Positions 41,079-53,450 of a DNA stretch of 64,000 nucleotides are shown here, piece by piece. The translations under genes and the position numbers were made by a program. Origin of the DNA: Octopus vulgaris (Eukaryota); contig OX597823.1 in NCBI GenBank assembly GCA_951406725.2, forward strand, positions 114,762,001-114,826,000, given 5' to 3'. Below the pieces are notes generated by a model. That model did no database searches and had not been told where the DNA came from. It saw only the letters and a list, made by a program, of their open reading frames with translations. Every line of letters begins with the position of its first letter. The stretch's first letter is position 1.

Positions 41079-41200
41079 GATGATGAGGAGGAGGAGGAGG
41101 AAGGGGAGGAGGAGGATAGTGATGAGGAGGAGGAGGATGATGATGATGAGGGGAGAACATGGAGAAGATGTTGATAATAGTAACAACGACAACAAAAACG
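40130..41200. repeat. Compound trinucleotide tracts: (GGT)n, (GAT)n, (GCT)n, (GAG)n
   Basis: Two blocks, 40130-40395 and 40705-41200; source of the poly-P, poly-H and poly-M ORFs. Confidence 0.9.
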
Positions 41201-41449
41201 GGAATAAAGCTGAGCGGAAAGAAAGATGGAGGGTGGAGGTTGTCTGATTCGCGATGCAAAATTAATTTCTCAGTTTTACCATTCCATTTGTCATTCCTTA
41301 AATAGATAATTAATGTTTATGTAACGAAACATACGCACACACACACACATCGACTCGCATAAAAATATGCTCTTAAATTCCACAGAAAATGGTTCAAGGT
41401 GTGTTTGTATGTTTCTGTACTTTACACACACACATATATGTAGTCAGAT

Positions 41450-41900
<451 letters not shown>

Positions 41901-42912
41901 GAGAGAGAGAGAATGGGGGGAGGTTTGTAGATGCCTGCCGTTACTTGTATATCACATGTTTAGGTATATATTTTTTTTATTCGATATTTACTTCAAAACC
42001 TCTCAGCTGCCACTTAACAATAGATGTGTTTTTCGCTCAAAAATGCAAAAGGAATCTCTGCCCGACTACACACACACACACACACACACTAATATATATA
42101 CATATATATATAGATATATACATACACTTATTCACACATCCATACGAATACGTTCCGATATATTCAGAATGTGTAAACACTTAAAATCTAAGAAACTCAT
42201 TTATACAGCCTTGTGTAACAAAATATTTTACCGCCCATTATCCCCATGTATTTAACCTCACCACACACACACAGACACACACTCCCACACATACATATGC
42301 ACACGCACAAACGTACATACAAACGCACAATGGTACATGCAAACTTTGGCACCCGCACCAATTCCAGTGTCTGCGAGTATCTTCATTCTTTGTTCGAAAG
42401 ATTAAGAGCAATATGATAATGATACAGCAAATATGTTAATAAGACATTTATACACATGTATACATCATTGTTGCTTATCTATGTAGCTATCATTATGGAT
42501 ATATAACCCCTATGTATGTGTGTGCTGTGTGTGCTATGTATGTATGTGCTATATATATATAATCAAAATAAGCAACGTGGATATCTAAAGGTAATGCAGT
42601 ACGATCGTTTCATGCGACTCCATTTAATTAAACAATGCAAGAATTAAATCAGTTTTAAAATGTAGAGCAATCTTCAGCGGCATATAAATATAGAATTTAG
42701 TTAAATTGAAAAGATTGATTTTTACTCTTTATTCCATTTACCAACATCACAAAGAGGGTAAGTAGGTAGACAGAGAAACACGTTTCATCAACAAAAACAT
42801 GGTAGTAATTAATATTTTTTCATGGAGATACTGCTTATCATTGATTTTACTTGTTAACTATTTAGATTTACTATTGAGGGAGGGGGTCTAATACTATTCT
42901 GTCATGTCTAGT

Positions 42913-42941
<29 letters not shown>

Positions 42942-42946
<5 letters not shown>

Positions 42947-43466
42947 AAAGTCAAATGCGATACAATAAAATTAATTATTATCGCTGGTGTTCTAGGACAC
43001 GCCATATATTATTCATATATAAGTACATTAAAAGGCGAAGTGTGTACTAGATACACAAAAGCTGGATAAATTTAATGAGATGAAAATTAAAAACTTTTAC
43101 AAACTTAGTTCTTCTTAGACTGCAGTTTCGCCTATTTCAGCAATAAAAATAATATTTATTTACTCAGGTAGGCTCTTCAGTAAGATTCCTGTTATTATGG
43201 GAAGCGCACATCAATAGAGGCACATGCGTCTATTAAATTGCGCTTTCTAAACTATTCAAATCACTGCGCAGACTCAGAACGTACCCGACAAAATAGGGTT
43301 TTCTGGTATATCGTCTAACGCTCAAAAATTAATCGAGAAAATACGTAAACAAAGTCAAATGCGATACAATAAAATTAATTATTATCGCTGGTGTTCTAGG
43401 ACACGCCATATATTATTCATATATAAGTACATTAAAAGGCATATATAAGTACATTAAAAGTACATT

Positions 43467-43470
<4 letters not shown>
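42942..43470 (-). mobile_element. Hammerhead-bearing 404-bp unit with 95-bp terminal redundancy (retrozyme-like or Penelope pLTR-like), inserted in (TA)n
   Basis: 42942-43036 and 43346-43440 are identical 95-mers; (TA)n lies on both flanks; short re-duplications of the repeat end at 43441-43470. Confidence 0.8.
43113..43185 (-). ncRNA. Type I hammerhead ribozyme
   Basis: Minus strand reads UCUUA-CUGAAGA-GCCUA-(34 nt)-UAGGC-GAAA-CUGCAG-UC-UAAGA. Canonical CUGANGA and GAAA boxes, 5-bp helix I, 5-bp helix II, palindromic ACUGCAGU helix III, and a GUC cleavage triplet (cut between 43118 and 43117). Confidence 0.85.
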
Positions 43471-43511
<41 letters not shown>

Positions 43512-43513
<2 letters not shown>

Positions 43514-44120
43514 ACGGTAGAAAAGAAAAACACTACGAACGAAACATCAAAACACAACATGAGGTAAAACGGACGGTAGCATGACAGCGACAAACAAGAC
43601 AAAACAGGATATACGGATAATTCGTAGCCAATTGCCTCTTCAGTCAGTCCGGAATGTCCACGTAGTTTCGCCCTCTTATCTCCGATACTGCTGGAAACCG
43701 ACTGGGCCTAGGTAAGCGAATGTACAAATACGAATGCAAAGAAAGAAACAGCAGAAAAGGTGTTTCGACTATCGGACGAACGCAACATATGAAATAGAAT
43801 TGTACACATACAATGTACAAGCACTCCTCGGCTATACAACAAAAGGAAAAGGATTATTACAATTGCAGCAAAAATAAAATAAAACAAAAGAAACGGGGTC
43901 TTTCGATTTTCAGACGAGTGTAGTAAGCTAGCGCAAGGAAAATGGCAAAGAATCTTAACAGACCAGGCGGTAGGACAGAGCAGAACAGAGCAGACGTGAC
44001 CAACCTGAAAAGCGGCCGGCCGAAAAAGGACGATAATGCCTGAACCGGAGAGCGATCACATGCTAAGTGAGGAGAAGAGTTGAAGAGGGCAGAGGGGAAA
44101 GAAATCAAAGGGACCAAAGA
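43512..44120 (-). repeat. Unclassified dispersed repeat whose 3' end abuts (TA)n
   Basis: Partial motif similarity to 1-255; no ORF recognised. Confidence 0.35.
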
Positions 44121-44137
44121 ATGTGTGTGTGTGTATA

Positions 44138-44290
44138 GGCGCAGGTGTGGCTTGTGATAAGTAGCTTGCTTCCCAACCACGCGGTTCGGTCACACTGCGT
44201 GGCACCATGGGCTAGTGTCCTCTACTATAGCCTTGGGTCGACCAAAGCCTTGTAACGGAAACTAAAAGAATCCCCTCATATATATATACA
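44138..44290 (+). mobile_element. Family C SINE 5' half
   Basis: GGCGCAGGTGTGGCTTGTGATAAGTAGCTTGCTT...ACTATAGCCTTGGGTCGACCAAAGCCTTGT. Confidence 0.75.
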
Positions 44291-44724
44291 CGAGCAAAAC
44301 GCCCCCGTCCAATGGATGGTGGTGAGTTGTCAAACATTTAAACTACATTTTCTCAAAACAACTTGTCCGACCATCCCATAGGCCTCCCCTTTGAGAAACA
44401 CTGATTTAACTTAACTTTGAGACACCGTGCATTTTTCTCGTGTACGCGTAGTATCGATCGTAACAGCTGATGTACTTGCACGTACAAATGCACGTTCCCA
44501 CGGCTTTATCGATCGCATTCTCACCTGGAATCGATTTTTGTAATATTTTCAAGACTTATTTTCAAGGTTAATAGCGGTTCTAATCACTGCGTTTATAGTT
44601 ACTGTAGTTATCCCATGGTAACCCGAATGAAATAATGTTTAGCCGATTCTTCGAGTTTGACAATATCCAGGTAATTAGAATATGTGCCAGGAAATGTCAT
44701 TGATACCAGTCGTAAAAAGACACA

Positions 44725-46775
44725 AGTAACTTCCTTCGAGAGAACAAACGGACCAAAGTTTAACCCTGAAGACAGTTGCAGAGGAATATCGAAGAATGGA
44801 AAAACTTACGCCAGGACGTAAAAAAAATGGAGAGAAGGAGTTATCAAAAGTACAAGCCTGCCGACCTGGAAGGTATAAACAAACGAAAAAAATGTCAAGA
44901 CCAAGCCCATGCCACGGGTGTGGAGCTCTACATTTCAGAAAGGATTGTCCTTTCAAAATGCAAAGATGTTACAGTTTCAAAAAAGTAGGACACAAGGGCT
45001 CACATTGCAGAGCAAAGTTAGGAAGGCAGAACAAAAAAATTCTGAACTTTTCTCAACGGAAAGTAGAAACGACACCAAAAAGAGGAAACTTGTACATGTA
45101 AATGAAGTGTATATTAAACTACAGCAAGATATTGGTAGTGACATCTTAATTATTAATACCGAAAGTGGATAAGAATTGGGAAACCTACGTTAAGAAAAAT
45201 ATCAAAAATTGCACGAGGCGTGACAAGTAAAAAAAAAAACTACAGTTCGTAGGCGAAATGTGGAATATATCACATTTCAGGGGGAAACCTGTAGAGCAAA
45301 AGTGTTCGTGGTAAAAAAAAAAAAAAACGCAACCAATCTGTTCGGTACGGACTGGCTGGAGTTCTTCGACGTATGGCTGCACTGTAAAAAAATATATGAT
45401 TGTCACACTAGTAAAAATAACTCAACTGCTGAATTGAAGTAAACATTTTAAAAAAACATTGTGTAATGTCATTCAGGAGTTACTAGAGACTGTACAAAAT
45501 ATAAAAAGTAAATCAGCGGAGGACAAATATATCATAAAAAGGAAACCTTGAAAAATAAACAAAAGAGAAATACGAATGCGAACCATTTTTCGCCCTGCGG
45601 CGTTGTATTAATGTGCGCACAAAGAGTGGTAGTACCAACTGCATTACAGAAACGGATATTACATGAAATTTCATAGTTGGCACCCAGGAATGTCAAAAAT
45701 AAAAACTTTAATGAGGAGTTACGTGCATTGACCGACAATGGATCGGGACATAGAAAACTTGGTAAAATCACGTAGTAGTTGTGCGCTATCAGCCAAAGCA
45801 CCACCGGTGAAATACCAATCATGGCCTGAGACGGACTGTCCGTGGTCCAGGGTATGTATAGATTACGGTGGGCCAGTGAATGGCGCGTGCTACTTAATCA
45901 TCGTTGATAGCTTTACCAAGTGGCCGGAAGTATGTAGGTGCAGTCAATTTACTTCGAAGGCAACAATAAAGTTCCTGTCCCGTACGAACTTTTTGCTCGA
46001 TACGGTGTTCTGGACACCGTAATATCGGATATGGGAGCACAATTTACAGGATGTGAGTTCAAGAAATTCAGCAAAATGCATGCAATCAAGCACATGTTTA
46101 TCCCACCCTACCATCCGAGTTAAATGAGCAAACAGAACGATTCGTAGATAGTGTCAAGAGAGCGCTAAAAAAAGCAAGGAATGAGTTAGGAAATGACGAA
46201 GCACTAGCTAAATTCCTAAGGGTGTACATAACAAGCCTAATCCGAATACCGGTTCAGGCAAGTCGCCAGTAGAGGTAATGCTCGCTCAAAAGATTAAATC
46301 GATATTCGATAAATTGTTGCCAAAGGTAAAAACGTATGAAAAATATACAAACATTCAACGAAACATTTTGATGTCGGAGACAAAGTCCATTTCAAAGAAT
46401 ACAAAAGCGGTAAAGAGAGTTGGCAGGATGATGTAGTGACTAAAAGAATTGGAAACATAATGTATCTAATAAAAGCGAACGATACCTAAATCAATTAAAA
46501 ATCAGACATACAGAGGAAAAGAACGAAATTCCAATGGAAGTGTTTTACGACATGTTCGATGTGCCAGCACCGAAAGAGATTGAGCCTAGAAGTAACAGAA
46601 AACATAAACAGACCGAACATTTAGAAATAATTCCTAAGCGGAAAATGTACTGAACTCCCTGAAGAAGCAAAGTTTCAATAAGAGAGAGGTATTGGAAAGA
46701 AAGAAAAACAATAAAACATTATGATGATAAAATTAATTTCGTTTCCTATGGAAGTCGAAATCTCAAAAGGGGAGA
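44725..46775 (+). mobile_element. Decayed Ty3/Gypsy (Mag-like) internal region: gag zinc knuckles, protease and integrase, with RT/RNase H deleted
   Basis: CHGCGALHFRKDCPFKMQRCYSFKKVGHKGSHC (about 44910-45010); QQDIGSDILII protease-like; NLFGTDW; MDRDIENLVKS..CA; PWSRVCIDYGGPVNGACYLIIVDSFTKWPEV; LFARYGVLDTVISDMGAQFTGCEF...PPYHPS. Many frameshifts. PPT AAAAGGGGAGA at 46765-46775. Confidence 0.9.
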
Positions 46776-46848
46776 TGTTGTGGCGGGAGTTACGACACCC
46801 CCTGCGATTATAGATTTGACCAAACTACTATAAATAGTAGTGGTTTGA

Positions 46849-46886
<38 letters not shown>

Positions 46887-47097
46887 GCGCAAGAGAGAGA
46901 GAGAGAGAACGCGTTAATCGCAGGAAGTCACAAGGTATTGTTTTGATAGTTTGTCGGAAAATCGTTTGTTGGCTCGTGTATAGTTCGTGGAGAATTTGTT
47001 GGATTGTTACGTTGTTATTATCCTGCTTCGTTATATGTTTATTGTTACTACACGGTTTTAGAGTAAACAAGTATCGCCATAAATAGTGGCAATACCA
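46776..47097 (+). mobile_element. LTR of the Gypsy element, followed by a tRNA-Ser-type PBS at 47105-47114
   Basis: Starts TGTTGTG immediately after the PPT, ends CA at about 47097, followed by TGGCGACGAG. The right boundary is inferred because no second LTR is present. Confidence 0.7.
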
Positions 47098-47981
47098 CTT
47101 TAACTGGCGACGAGTAAACTACGTTACAATAAAAGCTTACGAGCATACATATTTGTTCGGTAATGTGGATTGTCTCAGCATCTCAATGAAGAAATTATTG
47201 CTTACAGTAAAACGGAAACAGACTTGTCAACTACATTTTATGCTGTGAGTGCGCTTTTACTTCATCTTCTATACTCCATCTTTTATAATTTACCAGACTT
47301 GTGTGGCGGGTATTACATATGATTTCTATTTAAATATCTAATATATGAAAATACCTCTTCGAGATATATATATTTCAGTTGTACATAGTTTACATTATTT
47401 TGCCATGTTCCTGTTAGGCCATACGCTATATTTTCATATTTTGCTATGGCTTAAATCCTCATTATATAAAGCTGTATTGTTTCACTTTCCTCATATCTCA
47501 AGTAGAGTAGTTATTAAAGAAAACTGCTCTTGACAGTAGATCTGCCTGAAATAATTACTTTTGGATTTATCACTCACCTATTGTGATGTAATTTCATCAC
47601 GATAGAAGATTGCATTACAAAGGTATTTACGAGTTTCCTTCGAAGTATAACTACATTCGCTTCGCTCCCAGAAGTGATTCCTTCGCTGAATGTTCAGACT
47701 TTTCCTGTCTCTAACATTAATGACATTCCTTATGCAATACTAGCTGACTTTAATTGTATTTTTATTAAATAGTTCATTGCGGTTCTGATTGTTTATACAA
47801 TTTAGCATATATGGAATGGCAAATTATAAGTAAGTAACTGACATCTGTGCAGTTATATAACTAAGCTTTCATATATACTTATAAAAAGTCTCTTGCTACA
47901 AGAAAACGTGCATCTATATGCTCGCGTATATGTATATATGTGTGTCTTTATAAGGATATATATATGTATGTTTATATATAC

Positions 47982-48211
47982 AAGGCGGTGAGCTAGCAGG
48001 AAGGTTAGCGCGCCGGACGAAATGCTTAGCGGTATTTCGTCTATCGTTACGTTCTGAGTTCAAATTCCACCGAGGTCGACTTTGCCTTTCATCCTTTCGG
48101 GGTCGATAAATAAAGTACCAGTTTCGCACTGGGGTCGATGTAATCGACTTAATCCCTTTGTCGGTCCTTGTTTTTCCCCTCTATGTTTAGCCCCTTGTGG
48201 GCAGTAAAGAA
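47982..48211 (+). mobile_element. Family A SINE with 26-bp TSD
   Basis: ATATATATATGTATGTTTATATATAC at 47956-47981 and 48212-48237. Confidence 0.9.
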
Positions 48212-48607
48212 ATATATATATGTATGTTTATATATACGTATATACAAATATATACATTAGTGCGTGAGCGCACGTGTGTGTGTGTGTTGTGTGCAGATTT
48301 TATTTTCCATTGTTATTGTTAATTCATTTTTGATACTTTAATCTCTTTGATCATCTGTATGTGTATATGCATATGTATACATAACACATAGGGGAACATT
48401 TACCGGTTCGACAAATCATTTTTCGATTCGGTTTTATTTATTCCGCCATCTTATATATGAGTTCATTCTTACAAAGGCTTTCACTCAAGTACACATGTAT
48501 GCAAAGTTCCTTACAATTACTATTTTATACATTTTTATATGATTGCATAATGTCATACACACTCACACATATACACATATACTTACATAGTGAGTTCTTT
48601 TTTTTTT

Positions 48608-49056
48608 AACTGAAAGAAGCCCGTCGTATATATATATATATAGGGAGAGTTTAAGAAAAAACCAAAAGACGAAGACAGGTGGTGTAGAAAACAAACAGAT
48701 GTATTAGTAAAACGCTCAGGAATAGAAAAAGTCTTTTACGTTCCGAGCCTACGCTCTTCTACAGAAAGGGACACAGAAAAAAACAAGGAAAGAAACAAGG
48801 AGAGAAAAAAATGTGTGTGTAGTGGCTATATATGTATGTATGTGTGTATGTATATGTATGTATATGTTTGTGTGTCTGTGTTTGTCCCCCCAGCATCGCT
48901 TGACAACAGATGCTGGTGTGTTTGTGTCCCCGTAACTCAGCGGTTCGGCAGAAAAGACAGAATAAGTACTGAGCTTACAAAGAATAAGTCCTGGAGTCGA
49001 CTAAAGGCGGTGCTCCAGCATGGCCGCAGTCAAATGGCTGAAACAAATAAAAGAAT
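48608..49056 (+). mobile_element. 5'-truncated family C SINE with a family D repeat nested in its internal (TA)n
   Basis: AACTGAAAGAAGCCCGTCGTATATA at 48608-48640, family D (minus) at 48641-48828, C 3' half at 48866-49056. Confidence 0.75.
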
Positions 49057-49573
49057 ATAATACTTAACGCCTATGCGTAGTTGAAAACCCAGAGGCTACG
49101 ATTTTATCCGAAAAATATGTATTAAAAACCACAGTATATTCCAAACTCGGAATATTGTAATATCGTCCTGAAAGTTACCGCGAAAGCAGGAGATGCGTGT
49201 ATAGATATTTCCTTCACACTAATTCCTTATGGCATTACCGTTTTACGAATAGAAATATTGCACAAGAGAATCCATTTACAACATAAGCTATTGTTTTCAC
49301 TCTGTTTCGAGTCTCCCTTTCGCTAATCCTACTCTTGGCCTATATGCTTAATCTGATTCTGTTTGTTAACCATTAACTATTTATTTAGTCAGTTTATCAC
49401 CTCGAATAATTGTTTTAAACTACTATCATCTGTTGATTATATATCTTACATTTTATGAGCTAAAATTTGTATTGTATAAGGTAGGGTTCGTGCTGTTATA
49501 CAACAGTTTCTTGCTAGGTTCTCTAAATGGAGACTACTTTGATTAATAAATTCTCTAGCTCATAATGGCCGGC

Positions 49574-49860
49574 TTGTTCCTTCTCGGCTCATAAGGGCCG
49601 GCTTCTCGGTTTCCTTGGCGTATAGATTCCCCACCTGGACAGGATGCCGGGCCATCGCAGGTGAGCTGCAAGATGCAGGAGGAAAGAGTGAGAGAAAATT
49701 ATGGCGAAAGAGTCAGCAGAAGTTCGCCATTACCTTTTGCCGGAGCCGCGTGGAGCTTGGGTGTTTCGCTCATAAACACACACACCGCCCGGTCAGAGAT
49801 TCGAACCCGCGATCCCTCGACCGCGAGTCTGCTCCTCTAACCACTAGGCCGTGTGTCTCT
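49574..49860 (-). mobile_element. Family B2 SINE
   Basis: Homologous to 12472-12768. Confidence 0.85.
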
Positions 49861-51719
49861 ACTTGATTAATAAATAATGATCATAAATACTTTTAACTTA
49901 TTCCTTTCTTGGTGACCGTTTCAAGTGGAACAACCTATTATAAACGTGGCAATAAAACCGAAGAAACAAAGCTTTTCAAACGAATTCCACCGTCATATTC
50001 GTTCTGCACCGAGTTACAGACACTCCATTGTTATCCTTGCTTACATAAATGCAATGAACCGATGATTGGTACGTTGGTTTCCTGTAACTAGCGATGCTGA
50101 TTTTACGAGTTGTGATAAAAAGAAAATAATATATTTATATACGGTGTCTGCATTGACACCATCTTCACTTAATAAACTGGCCAGTCGGTGTGTTGCCTAA
50201 TAAGTGTTGCAGAAATAACGAAAATAACGAAAACAACGAAAACAAATAACTGAATTCTTGTTCCCTCTGTCCTTATATTGGTGCTACATTTTTAACACGT
50301 CCTATACACACGTATATGTAAGTCTGTCTGTGAGTGTGTATGAGTGTGTATGAGTGTATGTGTAACGATACACAGAGAGGTGGGGCGTCATAATAGAGCT
50401 CTAACGTTATACACATATGACTTATCTAGACACATATCAAATATTTATATCTATGAGTGAATTATTCTCTTTAACTCCATTTTCTCTCTTTCTTTTTCGG
50501 TTTTTTTTTTACACCTCTCTTTATTTTAGTTGACACCCACTCCCTCCTTTTCATATCTCCCATCTTATCTACTTTATCCACTCTCTCACTAAATCTCTCT
50601 AACGCCTTTTCCTGGTATTTTTCTATTTATTGATTTGCAGTTTTGCCATCATTAGAATTTTCGAGATTTTTTTAATGTATTTTTCCTCCTTTATTTTTTT
50701 GGTTTCTTTATTATTTCCTAAACCCATCCCATCATTCACAAAACTCCCCTCCCTCAACATATATTTCGTAAATTATGTTTTTTTCCTCTTCGTATTTATA
50801 TTGTTATTTCATGTGTTATTATCTACATTTTTTTATTTATTTATTCAAACTGCGTCATCCATATTGGATTCTGTGGTAACATGTTTTAGACAATAATAGT
50901 AGGTTTTAACTGGTTTGTATTGGGGGAATTATAGACACAAGCTGTCAATCAAACTGACATTTTACTAACATTGTCTTATCGAATTCTCTAAGTTTAAACT
51001 ACACCTGCCGATCTATTGCCATAGCAACTTAAAATCTGCATTTCCTTTAGCGGAAGTGGACTTCCGACGCCATATTTAAAGCATATAGTGAAAAAGAGAT
51101 AAAGTTTATGACGAACCATAGGCAATACGATACACATACACATCCATCCATCCATCCATCTATATAAGCATACATAAATATATACATACATAAATATATA
51201 CATAAATACATACATACATACATAAATACATACATACATACATAAATACATACATACATACATACATAAATACATACATACATACATACACGCATACATG
51301 CATACATACATAGGAAGATAGATTTCGAGGGAAAAGAGAGATGGAGCTGAGAGAGCGCACGGGTGAGATAGAAGGTATTAAAGCGAAAAATATGCTTCAT
51401 GAGAGAGAGAGAGAGAAACCGAGGCAGGTAGACATAAATAAAAGCAAAACAAGGATGTTAACAATGCAGCAGATGGAGTAAGAGAGGGAAAGGAGGAGGA
51501 GAAGAAAATAAAGGAGGTGATAATAAATAAGCAAAATGCAAAACCGAAATGAAAGGTAAAAGAATAGGGTTTGAAATATGTTGGCTAAAGATTACAAATG
51601 ATCTGGAGGGATCGAGAAAGCAGAAAAAAGGGACTATGCATTCACACAAACATACATACATACATACATACGCAAATACAGGCATACATACATATATTTG
51701 TATACATGTATGCACAATC

Positions 51720-51800
<81 letters not shown>

Positions 51801-52029
51801 TGTATATATACACACATGTATGTGTGTGTTTCTGTGTGTGTGTGCATGTGTGTTCACATATGCATGTTCTGTGTGAGAATTTAACGCTATTGCCAAGGAA
51901 ACGTTTTAAATGTATGTTTTAGTGAATACACTAACTCGCCATAATATATTAAATACTTTTCCCTTTTTTGGCGGGTATAACCACATTTAAATTGTTGTTA
52001 TTGTCTTTGTTGTTGTAGTTGTTGTTGCA

Positions 52030-52044
52030 TTTCTTCTTCTTTTT

Positions 52045-52075
<31 letters not shown>

Positions 52076-52168
52076 TTATTATTATTATTATTATTATTAT
52101 CATTATTATTATTATTATCATCATTATTATTATTATTATTATTATCATCATTATTATTATTATTATCA

Positions 52169-52259
<91 letters not shown>

Positions 52260-52261
52260 CA

Positions 52262-52292
<31 letters not shown>

Positions 52293-52315
52293 CATCATTA
52301 TTATTATTATTATCA

Positions 52316-52379
<64 letters not shown>

Positions 52380-52429
52380 CATCATTATTATTATCATTAT
52401 TATTATTATTATTATTGTTATTATTATTA

Positions 52430-52472
<43 letters not shown>

Positions 52473-52486
52473 CATCATTATTATTA

Positions 52487-52518
<32 letters not shown>

Positions 52519-52519
52519 G

Positions 52520-52560
<41 letters not shown>

Positions 52561-52640
52561 GTTATTGTTATTATTATTGTTATTGTTATTATTATTATAA
52601 TTATTATTATTATCATCATCATCATCATCATCATCATTCA
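52030..52640. repeat. Long (ATT/ATC)n array at the 3' end of a Dong-like LINE
   Basis: About 600 bp of trinucleotide repeat; source of the poly-N, poly-I and poly-L ORFs. Confidence 0.95.
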
Positions 52641-53200
52641 GTAGTCTTATTTTTATCACATGCTTTCACTTCACTACCGAGCGTAGCTCTCTGTGCCTTG
52701 GGTATTTGTTGTGGTTTGTTGTGATGCTCTTATTTTTACTGTATTGAAAGTGTTTTACGTAGGATGTGTGCGGTGCCTAGTAGTGCTAATTTTGTAATGC
52801 AAACACATAACAAAAACACCAACACTAACAACATATGCTTGTTAGTGCTGCTGTTTTTCTTACGTATTTGTCTGAATATTTTTATCATACCTGATGCGCA
52901 TATTATGGTAGGAATAGTTTCTGTTTTAAACCCCACATTCGAGTTACTTCTATTTCCAGGTCTTTGTATTTTGAAAGCTTCTCCGTTTCTTTTAGAGGAA
53001 CATTATCTGTTGGTATTGATGCATCAATTAAAAATCATATTTTTCTTGATCATCTCTGACAACTATATCCGGCCTATTAACCTTGATTTCTCTATCTGTT
53101 TGTATTGGCTTATCCCAAAGTATGGTTGCATTCTCATTTTCCGAGGCCTTTTCTGGCATGTGCCTATACCATCTTTTTTTCTGTTGTTATCCCATAGTAA
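52640..53200 (-). mobile_element. 3' end of an R4/Dong-like LINE (RLE endonuclease domain and 3' UTR), decayed
   Basis: Minus strand reads WYRHMPEKASENENATILWDKPIQTDREIKVNRPDIVVRD...IDASIPTDN...EKLSKYKDLEIEVTRMWG..KTETIPTIICASG...ALLGTAHILRKTLSIQ* (stop at 52736). PD-x-D motif present; the 3' end runs into (AAT)n. Confidence 0.85.
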
Positions 53201-53269
53201 CACTCTCTCCACCTCACACTCACACACACGCACCCCCCACCCCCACACACATACACACACGCATAGGTA

Positions 53270-53450
53270 TTAAATGCTTTGCAGCATTTCGTCCATCTTT
53301 AAGTTCTGAGTTCGAATTCCGATGAGGTCGACTTTGCCCTTTTTTCTTTTCGAGATCGATAAAATAAGAATCAGTTGATCACTGGAATCAATGTAATATC
53401 AACTAGACCCCCACCCATAGCATTGCTGGCCTTGCACCACATTTCGAACC
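53270..53450 (+). mobile_element. Degenerate family A SINE variant
   Basis: GTTCTGAGTTCGAATTCCGATGAGGTCGACTTTGCC...GATCGATAAAATAAG. Confidence 0.6.

Noticed and set aside
42942-43440. 95-bp direct repeats as TRIM/LTR termini
   Set aside because: No TG...CA ends, PBS, PPT or 4-6-bp TSD; the hammerhead and (TA)n context fit a retrozyme or pLTR better.
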